From Marsupella aquatica (lineage: Eukaryota > Plantae > Marchantiophyta), in contig OZ316891.1 of the NCBI GenBank assembly GCA_973895155.1, forward strand, positions 26,281,972-26,345,971: 64,000 nt of DNA, written 5' to 3'. The notes beneath the pieces were generated by a model that made no database searches, was not told where the DNA came from, and saw nothing but the letters and a program-made list of their open reading frames with translations. The position numbers and the translations under genes are program-made. Of this stretch, positions 53,721-64,000 are shown piece by piece. Numbering within the stretch: position 1 is the first letter of the stretch; every line of letters starts with the position of its first letter.

Positions 53721-54465
53721 TTGCAAGCTTGAGGGGGGCAAAAAGTATATCCAAAATCTCCACCAAAAGGATTCCAGTCCTTCCCTTTTTTCAAGGGATG
53801 GACAAGGTGTTACACCTAATGGCCTGGATTGCTTTATTGAGAATGGAAGGTGGGATCTTCCCCTCACCTCCAGCAGTCCATTTGGAAGCGTGCCAGGAGG
53901 TTTGATTAGGAGTAGCGTCCATTAATGATTCAATGGTTAAGGACAAAAGGACTTAAAAGGAAGTCCAAGTGGTAATGAATACCAATGAAACAGGACTTAA
54001 GTAGCGATTTGAATTTCAAAATACTTAATTACGCGTAGACTAAGGAGTCCTAGCTAGGCTCAGCTAGGACTCTACGGAAGAGGCAGAGAGCCATGGGAAT
54101 TGAAGGGTTGTCGACTATCTGTGGTAATGTTTTGCGGGTTTGCTTCAGGAGTTTTACCAGAGAGCTTCTGGCCTCAAGCGGATTCGACGAATTCTAAAGA
54201 TCATCCATAGAACTAGCAAAAAGCTTGGCGACCGTCTTGTGCAATGTAGGGTGTTCACCTTGTTGGTAAAGGGTAAGCCGCGCGACATCTCAATGTTGTT
54301 AGAATCCATTTTTTGTTTGCTTGAGTGCGGGTGTTCCCACATGAATTTCTGCCATCTAGAGCCTCATTTAACTTGGACCATGGCCTCTTTAACTTATGAA
54401 ATATTGTTTTGAACTTACGTTCAAAAGCTCATCGTGTTGTAGGAGCTGCCATCAATTTTAGCGAG

Positions 54466-57400
54466 ATGCCACCAGTGCGGCGCCAAGCGGGGCGCCAAGA
54501 TGAATCCCAAGAAGAGAAAGAAAAAAGAGAACGGCGCAATTTTCAAAGGCGAAAGTCATGGTATGACAAGCCTATCGGGCAGTGCCAAGAGGTCAACACT
54601 GAGCAATTGAATAGAGGCATTCAACCGGAAGACAATAGTACGGGCCTGATTTTTGATGCCAAGCAGCAAGCTGATCAGTTGCTTCTTCATGCTCAGCAGC
54701 AAGCTGATCAATTGCTTCTTCATGCTCAGCAGCAAAGTGAGGTATTATTAACTGCTGCTAGGAATGAGGTGTTGCGCTCACATGGAGAGGCAACCGCTCA
54801 AGCTGCGTTGAAGCTGCACAACATCGAGAATGACTGTGCTGAAGGCAAAGAAACATTGTCACGTTTGCGCTCTAGGATAGGGCAAAAGCAAGCCGCCCTC
54901 GAAGTACTGCGTGTGCGATTAGGTGAAGGAGCTCACTGTCTACAAAGCATGCAAGAGGACCCTCATTTGGCCAGAGAATTCAGGGAGAAAGATGCTGCTA
55001 GAAAACGAGCTGCATATTGGAGACTTCGGAGGATGAGAAGTTTAAGTTTGTCTAGTCATCTTGCTGAGGAAACGCCCAATAGAACGAGACGAGCGGTTGA
55101 TTCAGTGGTCTCCGAGGTAACTTCAGTCTTATTCGAAAAAATGAGAGATTTCAACTTATCCGCAAGGAAGGTAGTCCTAGAGCGATTTTGGTTGCATTCT
55201 TCATTGAGAGAATATCATCCTGCAGCTCTTGGGACCCCTAAGTTAGATGCATCTGTAGGAGCTGCTATAACTGACCTTAGGCAGACCTTGCAAATTGTGA
55301 AGTGGGGTAAAAAGAAAGATCACTTGGCTGTAAAGCATTCAGTGTTGGTAGCTATGGTCGGACAGTCCACGGTTGGCAAGCGATATCAGTCCTCTTTAGC
55401 TAAGGCTTTTGGTATCAAGAGACACAACATTCAAAAAGCATCAAACATGCGGAAGCAGATAGATGAGAACCAATGTATAAAATACCCAATGGGGGAAAGG
55501 AAAACCAGGAGTGACAAGATTAGTGCAGAGGTGCGCAAGATTGTTGAACTATTTTGGAGCACATACACTAGAATCTCACCAGGCAAGAAAGAGATAGCTA
55601 GAAAGCGACTTGGACCAAATCAACATGAGGAACATAAAGTACATTGGCTCGAGGATACAGAGGTAGGATATCCTCACATTGGCTACTTCAATTTCTTTGA
55701 GAGTTCTTAAAATTTTCTGCATTCTTTAGTCCCGTCTTCAGTTGTAGCCAACGATACAAATTTGAGAGCCTGAATTTGGGTAATCTATTAACACCCTGTT
55801 GATGTCTATTTACAGGTTGAATTTTTCTTCAAGTTCCAAGATTGGTGCAAGGCTGAGAACAATGTTGTTTCTATAGGCCTGCGGTCCTTCAGTTATCTGA
55901 AACCGTTTTACATTCGAACCATGAAGGATCGAAATGTATGCTGCTGCAAGCAGCACGTTGAAATGGACCTCCTGAAAGAGGCACTAAACAAATTCAGGAA
56001 GTTTCATCACCCCTCTGAGTGTAGTTGTCAGTGTTGTACTTGTAAATCAGTGGCCATTCCATTAGGTGTTTCTTGTGTAGCTTCAAGGACACACATTACC
56101 TCTGTTCGAGGTTGGATGGAAGGTGCGCTGTGTAAGAAAACCGAGGGGCAGGTATGGCACAAGAAGGACTGTATTATGGGAGTTTGTGTAGATTGTGGAA
56201 CGCTGAATCTGGACTGGTGTCCATGGGAGTTGGATTCCACACAACAACTAACTATTAGTTGGCAGAGTTTTGAATATCAGGAGTTAGATGACAACTTACA
56301 AATGAAGAAAGCAAAGAAGCAGGGAAGTGATGAGAGTTCACAAAAAAAGTCTAAACGCTTGAGGATGGTGTATAAGACTACGTCTGTAAGTGATTTCAGG
56401 AACGTGGTCGAAGCTAGAATGAAGTCATTTGTTGTTCATGATTTTAGAGCTCGCTGGCAAAGTGACCAGTTTAGATTGTGTTTGAAGACGTTCCCAAGAG
56501 GAACCATAGTGTCTTCAATTGACTTCTCTGAAAATTACACTTTCAAGACGCAAAATGAGATTCAATCGCAACATTGGGACAACAAACAGATTACTTTGTT
56601 GATCCATGTGACCTATAGACATCGAGAAGATGTGCACCAATCTATGGAGGCTGCAGTGGGACAGACAGTGAGTATGGCACAGAGTGAAGCTGGTGACAGA
56701 GATATCATCGCCGACTATCATTTCTATATTAGTGATGATAATACTCACGACACCTTGTTTGTGCAGCATTGCATGGATGCTCATTACCATTGGATGAAGC
56801 AAGAGGGAATTGAATTCACTCAGCATTGGGTTTGGTCCGATGGAGCTGCCTCACAATTTAAGGCTTGTAGACCTTTCTACTACGTCTCAAGGTATTACAA
56901 GAGATTTGGTGCACGGATGAAATGGTTTTTCCATGCTTCAGGACATGGAAAGGGTGTAGCTGTAAGTGTGGAACTCTACCTCCAATATTTGAATTCACTG
57001 TGTTGTTCTCATTATTTAGTTTCATATGAGCTTCTTTATCGTTATACAAGAACATTATTCTTTGGAGTCTAGTTGTATGCTTGTGTGACATTGAATGGAC
57101 TTTTTCTGCATGGATAGGATGCCCTTGGAGGCCACATCAAGAGCGGGATACAGAGAGAGTAGTTGAAGGGGACGCATGGCTTTCGCTTGGAAAATGCTCA
57201 TGATGTAGTTGCATTTTGCAAGGAGAAGTTTGCCATTGGTATTGAGAGAGAGTATGGTGATGTTTTGCTTGTGAGGCAATTGTTTTGGGAAATAGGTGCT
57301 ACAGCTGTGAATCGGCACAAGAAATGGGACTATGATGCAATCCCAGGATGTAGAGCAATGCATTGTTTTGATGGATTTAGTAACCGACTTTCAACTCTGT

Positions 57401-57963
57401 TGCAAGTGAGGGAACTATGTTGTTTTTGTGCTTACTGTCTTGATGAAGAACCACAAAAATGTGAGAATCGAGATCTTGTAGGACTGTATAAGCTTGAGAT
57501 GGTGAAAGGGATTCTCCCTATTGATGTCAAAGCAGACCTTGAAGAAATGGGAGTTGGTGAAGGACTGTTGGAAGGGGACTCTGGGTCTTTGGCAGAGTTG
57601 GTGCAGTTGGGTGATTTCTATGCAGTGGAAGCAGAGCGCCCAAATCGTTGGGATGTAGACTTTTACATTTTGCAATGCGAGGAGGTCCTACATGATGTCA
57701 CAGAGACATTTGTGGATGGATACGAGCAGGAACTTCAGCAGGGTGAACTGGTATTGAAGGGCAGATGGATGCAACCAGTTCCAGGATCGTGCCACACATA
57801 TGTCTATTTAGACAAATCACCACCAAGTTTTAGTCTTGCAAAGTCAGTAATTCACATTCGATTTGGGCTAAGCCCATGTGATACTTCAGGACGGAAGGGT
57901 GGTAGCAGAAAATTCAAATTGGACAAAGACACACTTGCAGCAATTACAGATTCTTTGCGGTGA
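54466..57963 (+). CDS. Sola2-type DDD transposase, ~1062 aa; exons 54466-55662, 55816-56961, 57118-57963
   Basis: Two phase-0 GT-AG introns join the three ORFs without stops. Motifs: RKTRSDK; F..LKPF....R.VCCCKQH; Cys clusters; IDFSENY..K.Q.EIQS.HW; SDD..HD; WSDGAASQFK; FF.SGHGKGVA|DALGGHIK; downstream CFC..C. Confidence 0.8.
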
Positions 57964-58209
57964 TGAGAGAATCGTCTATTGAGGTAAATTTCTGAATTGC
58001 CCAACTTCCTACTTTCCTTGCAATCTACATCAACACTTTCATGCACTAGCTTAACCATGCAGTGCAATACAATGTCATTGAGCTTTGCCCGTAACCCATC
58101 CTTAGTGCGTCCATGTGTAAGGATTATGTTCTTATGTAAAGACATGTCCAAGGTGTCCTTGCTATTAGTAAGGACTCCACTACATAGCGACTCCTTTTGG
58201 TTTGATTGC

Positions 58210-58625
58210 ATGTCTAGGACTCGGTCATTTTACAAGGACTAGGACTGTGTCCTTGGACAAGGACAGAGTCATATTGGAAAGGACCATGCAAAGGACCATG
58301 TCCTTTCAAACGGACTAAAAAGGATTTGTGAAGGACTATGTCCTTCGTGAAGGACACATTCAAGGACTAGATCCTTGACTAAGGACATATTCAAGGACTA
58401 TGTCCTTGGTGCAAGTCATGGTAAAGGACTATGTCCTTGGTGCAAGTCATGGTAATTAAAGAACTATGTCCTTGGTGCAAGTCATGGTAAAGGACTATGT
58501 CCTTGGTGCAAGTCATGGTAAAGGACTAGTTCCTTAGTTAATGACACAGTCCTTAACCGCAGAAAGGACCATACATGTCCTATATCCTTTTACATGGACT
58601 TCACAAAGGACTCTCCCAATGTATA
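58210..58625. repeat. Array of palindromic AAGGAC(N3-4)GTCCTT units, including ~31-bp tandem repeats
   Basis: AAAGGACTATGTCCTTGGTGCAAGTCATGGT occurs ~4 times, plus >10 AGGAC/GTCCT words, just 3' of the transposase. Confidence 0.9.
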
Positions 58626-59765
58626 AACTAGACTGTGTCCTTGTGTATTAAGGGTCTCGGAGATATATGTGGCCAGATAACTAGCGACAATGCTTATATG
58701 AGAATTCTTTGAGCTGCTTGTATGAATGCGTTCTATTTTTTAGGTGGTTGGGCCTTTGTAAATTTGCAATCAGGTACTTATACAATTTGTACTGGTGTTT
58801 TGCGTTTTGAACACAGACTAAACCTTCAAGATACTTCGGGCAGGACTACATCATGTAGACTAAGGGACACTCTGGATGACATACTCTAGATGGTAGAGAC
58901 TGAGTGACATACTCTAGATGGTAGACTGCCACTTTTGGCACTCGGCTCACAAGATAATCATGTTTGTAATATTTCATGTTAATGGATCTGCATTTCATCA
59001 CTTAAGGAATTTTTCCTTCTCATTTCTTCAAGGGCCTCGTGGACATGATGTGCCTTGATTTCCTTGCGTGTGGTTGTACCTTTCTGTAAGCATATCTGAA
59101 TCATGCACAAAGCAATTGTTCAGATAGAAACGGTTATTAAGTCTCTGTTTATGTCACACTTGATGACAATAGTACGGGACATCCATTTGTGGTCTCAAAC
59201 TTTCTGTTGTCAGGTGTACTCTACAAAAGTATCAACTCAAAATAATCCCTTGGATTACACACTATTTCAGGGCGCTATTTTTGTACATTCAAGATTTTTG
59301 CAAGTATATACCAATCCACACTTGTCACTTCCAGCCAACTTCTTCCCACCGTATAGCTGCCTTCCAAGTTACAAAACCTCTGGTGCCCATTTGTCTCCTC
59401 GAGGATTTAGTGCAAAGAACACAGGTTTACTCACATGTCAATCAAGATATACCTCAACTAAAATATATCATCTAGACCACCTATTGAAGGAACTTCCAAG
59501 CTTCTCTTGAACAATTGTGGTCTTCATGCCCAGAGACTTAAGTGTCAGAAAGGAACAAAACTGAAGTAACATATTGATCAAAGGCGCATCCATAGACAAG
59601 AATTGAGGACTCAACACATATACAGAAGCTTGTGTTGAGACAACAACACTGTATTGATCAAGTACTTTACTGTATAGAGTTCGAGCTTGAAACAACATCC
59701 AGTTCAGTGTGGATTTCATACCATCACTGGAATACAACAGTCTGCTACATACTATAGCACTCTAA

Positions 59766-60470
59766 TTACTCCTCCGAAATACAAAAAGACTTCAAAGACA
59801 TGACAAGGTCTCCAGAAAAGTCCAAAATAGCACGCTGAAGTCTCTGAAATGATGTTGCTCCACCATCTTTGGTGGTATCAAGACAATCACCAAAATTGGG
59901 TGAGGTACCGATCTTAGTCTTACTAACATTGGGCTTAAATTCATCTCTGTTCGAATGATTTATTATAGCGCGAGTAGCTTCATCTACCTGCAGATGCCCA
60001 CGAGCCTTAACAATACTCACTGCTCGAAGGTCATCACTACGGCCTAACTTTGCCACACACGTGATGGTCCACAATTCACTCTGCACCTGCCCACAGACTT
60101 CTTGCACCTTCTCTGGGCTACTCTCCCATAGCTTCTTAAAGGCTTCTCCTGACATCCCCAGTAGCTGCAACCCGCAATCTTCATTCACCAAAATAACGTA
60201 ATCCCCGACTTGCACAGCAAAGCAGTACATAAAACTGCCAGTTCCAACACTGTAGCAGACATGTTCGGATCATCCTCGAGAACGAGGACCCACGGGAGAC
60301 TGAGGGTTCAATTTTCTCAGCCTACGGGCATTCTTGCCCAAAGTGCATGGCTTACCATCACTCAACAAAACGTTGCAGCCTTCATAAACAAATGACCCAG
60401 CACAAACTCCCCACATGTGGTCAATTTTGATATCCACTAGGGTGGTGAACTTGTCCTCAAGATTGTCCAT
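59766..60470 (-). pseudogene. Putative RPA1 C-terminal-like OB-fold protein with one in-frame TGA (60270-60272)
   Basis: ORFs 60270-60509 and 59766-60230 are in frame. FVYEGC...C......C...YCFAVQVGD....GLQLLGMS..AF resembles the zinc-ribbon OB fold of RPA1 DBD-C. The ATG follows a TTTGTGCAG acceptor. Confidence 0.45.
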
Positions 60471-60564
60471 GATCTGCACAAAGATAATATATGAAGGGTT
60501 ACATATCAACTATTGGTCACCGGATGGTTTCTCTTGCAAACTAAAGAGGATCTCAATCCGGCAC

Positions 60565-60985
60565 CCTGACTCAAGCACCTCAAGTCCTGACTAAAGGACC
60601 CCCAATCTTGACTAGAAGACAATACTGATCATCAGTTACCCGTAGTCCTGACTAAAGGACCGGAGTCCTTGAGTCAGGACCGGGAGTCCTAACTAAAGAA
60701 CCGCGAGGACCCGAGTCCTGACTCAAGGACCCGAGTCCTAACTCAAGGACCCCGAGTCCTGACTCAAGGACCCGAGTCCTGACTCAAGGACCCATAGTCC
60801 TTACTCAAGGACCCGGAGTCCTCACACAAGGACCACAATTCCTGACTCAAGGACCCCGAGTCCTGAATCAAGGACCTGGAGTCCTCACACAAGGACCACA
60901 ATTCCTGACATGAGGACCGTGACCCCCAACTCAAAGAGTCCTGAAGAGTCTTGACACAAGGACTTGGAGTTACTGACTCCACGAC
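60565..60985. repeat. Minisatellite of ~20-22 bp palindromic units (ACTCAAGGACCC.GAGTCCTG)
   Basis: More than 15 degenerate copies, with the same AGGAC..GTCCT core as the 58.2-kb array. Confidence 0.9.
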
Positions 60986-61245
60986 CTACAAGTAGTGCAA
61001 ATCATATAGAGCAATGAACATAAGCTATGGAGAGAATCCAAAAAGGAACTTACACAGAGCTCAATACTGGGACTTTTGGCCCCGCTGTGCACGAGTTTGC
61101 TGCACAAAACAAAAATTGAGTTAAAGCAAACCTTTCTTGAATGCATCTTCTAACAATTGTCACCATAGCTCTCCTCACTACAAACTGCAGATGCACAATT
61201 TACATTGGAGAGGGCAATGATTTTTCCTGGATCATAACTTGAAAG

Positions 61246-63842
61246 TCAATCATCCACAGGAAGTTTCCTTTGGGAGGAATGAGCGGGAATAGTCACAGTA
61301 GGTGAGTTTCCGCCAAGTGCTTGACTCAAGAATCCAAGAGGTGTCTTCACCAACACCAAACGCTTATAATTGACATGAACGCCACACTCAGGGGAAAAAG
61401 GCATTGTATCTGGACTCGACAACGTTTGGCTACAGTTCACCTTCCTAGCTGATTCCTGTTCAACCTTTCGTTTCTTCCCCGACTCCCCACCCTCTACTTT
61501 TGGTGTCACCAAAGGTATCTTAGACGATCCGTCCTTAGGCTCATCATCGCCTATATCAATGATGGAAGTGGCCTCCATGGCGCTCAAATACATGAGAGCT
61601 TGGCCGTGAGAATCCCTCTGAAAATACAATCACCGAATAATTACAGTAGTTGACAAAATCATACGGGTGCAAACATAACAGGCAAAAATGTGTCTACAAA
61701 CTATAAAGAGATGTGCAGGCACAAATAATTCAGAAGATTGCTTTACAAATTCAAACCTGTGATTGAGCTGTTTGAACTATCCGCGAAACCTCTCTTCGTC
61801 TTCCCAAACATCTGCCCTTCTTCCCATACATATCTTTTAAGTCTGTTATGTAAGAATGCCGTGATTCAACCAGACTTGGTGATGCATATGAACTTGGCAA
61901 ACCCCAACTTCGCAACCAATCATCACTGAAGGCATAGGAGCATGCCAAACACTTAGCACTCTGTTCTGATGAACCGAGTATTGGAAATAGACAACTCGGA
62001 TGGTAGGTGTGCCCACAAGATGCTGGAATCCAGTTGAAGCAATGAAACCCATTGCAACACACTGGACAAACAGTAAGTGAAGCTTGGACTCCTACAGATC
62101 GACAAGAAGTAGGAATAAAACGAGGAGCTAACACAGGGCAAGGATGCTTCAAAACTTTGTTTAAAATGGAATGTTCTTGAGATTGAGCTTCCAGAAGCTC
62201 CTCCACCCCCTTAACGACAATCTCCCTTTCTTCCACGACTTTGGTCAATCTTGCCACCTTGCTTGGCAAGTCTTTGAACATATGATCTTTGTCGGTGTGG
62301 AGCGTCCTCAACACAATCAACTCATCTGAAATTGATCTTGACCAGGAGTTCAACATCTCAATTGTGGCCTCATGCTGCTTCAGATCAGTTTGAAGGTGTG
62401 TCAAATAATCGTTGGGGGTCTGTCACAAAGAATAAAAAACAGAGTGTCATTCATCAACTCACAAATCATATTAGCTGCAAGCTACTAATCTCAGATTTCC
62501 AACGTTAGTGAAGAGAATAAATAGAAAGTGCGATAAAAACTAATGTGGAAATTGATCAGAGTGAAACCTCATCGTCTTCACATTGGTTGCCTTCTTCCAA
62601 CTCAATGGCATTCGTGGTTTCTTCATGCTTCTCTTCTTCATTTGATACTGAATCCTTTACAAGCTTCAACTCCTCCTCTAGTTTGCAAATTTGATGATGA
62701 ATCCGCTGCAATGCACTTCGCCGGTCACACTCTGAAGATTTCAAATTTTCCAGGCTTTGAAGAAGTTTCTGAACATCTTCGCGGGCCTCTCTTACTTGGT
62801 TCTTACTCCATGACATTTCTGATTCAAGCATGGATAGTAACAAGGCACGAGGGGGGGTACTTGGCGACTGCGCAAGAGTGGAAGGACTTGGCCGCACCCA
62901 CGGAATAGGGGAGGCAGATGCAGTACCAAGTAGCTCAGCAGGAACTTTTTCGAGGGAAAGAACATCTCATCCGCTCTCGGGGATTGGAGACTTCATCGTT
63001 GGCTCTTTCAAAGAGAGGCCTGAAGGAACTCGGGGAGGAACTGCCTCATGAATTGCATCCTCAATAACTTGTGGATCTGCGTGCTTATAGACACGACCAG
63101 TCTTCCTTACACAAGGGGGCCCATTAGGCTTACCTTTGCCTTCTCTATGCCACTGAACAATCTGGCCTTTCAACTTAGATGCAGCGTATGCGGCCCAATT
63201 AACTGTCCTCCCCAACACTCGCTCAACATACACTCCCTTAACAAATGTATGTGCCAACACTCCATTGACCGGCTTCTCATATCCATCGACAACTTGGGAT
63301 AAATGTAAGACATCCTCTTGTGGCAAGCCTGTGCAACTACCTAGTTTGTAACCGCTCCGTCCCTTATCTCCAAAGCACGTGACTAGCATTTCCTCACTGA
63401 TGTCAATGATTCTATGGAGATTTTCGCCTTCATTCGGAAGGCCAAACTGGGTAGCAAAGAAGTGAGCGTCCTTGTAAAAATCGGCTGGATCCCATTCGTT
63501 GTCTGTCGCCTCTGAAGCTGGCTTCACTCTACCTTTAGATTTCTCAATAGATGCTACCGCTCGAGCAACACAATCATCTGAACTGGGTTTTCCTTTAGAG
63601 AGTTTGACTAACATAGACCCGGCTGGATCCCATTTGTTGTCTGTCGCCTCTGAAGTTGGCTTCACTCTACCTTTAGATTTCTCAATAGATGCTACCGCTC
63701 GAGCACCACAATCGTTTGAACTGGGTTTTCCTTTAGAGAGTTTGTTGACTAACACAGACCCGGTTGAGCGTTCTTGAGGAGAGTTTTCTAATGACCCTAC
63801 ACCCTCACCTCCATCAACGGGCAATGGAAGTGGGGTATCCAT
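61246..63842 (-). pseudogene. Spliced accessory gene with N-terminal repeats, a globular domain, coiled coil and RING finger; one in-frame TGA (62967-62969)
   Basis: ORFs 62967-63845 and 62556-62897 share a frame. Phase-0 introns lie at 62567-62420 and ~61756-61618. RING-like CPVC..x..SCGHTYHPSC...KCLAC. The last exon boundary is uncertain. Confidence 0.6.
63482..63762 (-). repeat. 2 x ~138 bp coding tandem repeat (46 aa)
   Basis: GS.LV..LSKGKPSS.DC.ARAVASIEKSKGRVKP.SEATDN.WDPA occurs twice. Confidence 0.9.
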
Positions 63843-64000
63843 CAAAACAACTATGAAAAGTCCTGACTAAATCTGATGAGAGTTCTGGTAAATCTAAAGT
63901 AGAGAAGGTTACGTCAAATATCGATGAAAGGAAGTAGAATAGGTGGTGCATTAGGTATCAAAGTTACAAGCGTACCCTCAGTCTGGCCTGCGGAGCACGT

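Larger units (their letters stand above)
53731..64000 (+). mobile_element. Large Sola2-like DNA transposon with accessory genes; right end is beyond the window
   Basis: Begins GAGGGGGGCAAAAAGTATATCC within ~15 bp of where the integrase is cut. Carries a DDD transposase, and gypsy sequence does not resume before 64000. Membership of the 59-64 kb genes is inferred. Confidence 0.65.

Noticed and set aside
58210-60985. Palindromic repeat arrays as CRISPR
   Set aside because: The units are head-to-tail without unique spacers.

Overview
This is eukaryotic land-plant nuclear DNA. The intron style, gene families and TE types suggest a bryophyte such as a liverwort, but that is inference. There are three host genes: an intronless CDKF-type kinase with a ~730-aa activation-segment insertion (2393-5587 +), a 4-exon small conserved plant protein starting MGSLMAGW (9162-10701 -), and a 4-exon PIP2 aquaporin (36808-39107 -). 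The rest is rich in TEs and repeats: two 5'-truncated copies of a CRE-like RT+RLE non-LTR retrotransposon (one apparently inside Helitron-like ends), hAT, Tourist and Mutator-like MITEs, LTR pieces and many short tandem duplications. The most notable structure is at 50.5-64 kb, a three-level nest in which an LTR is interrupted by a Ty3/gypsy element that is itself interrupted by a >10-kb DNA transposon. That transposon has an intact spliced Sola2-type DDD transposase, convergent accessory genes (coiled-coil/RING and RPA-like OB-fold) and internal arrays of a palindromic AGGAC..GTCCT motif. All family assignments come from motif recognition by eye; no database searches were run.
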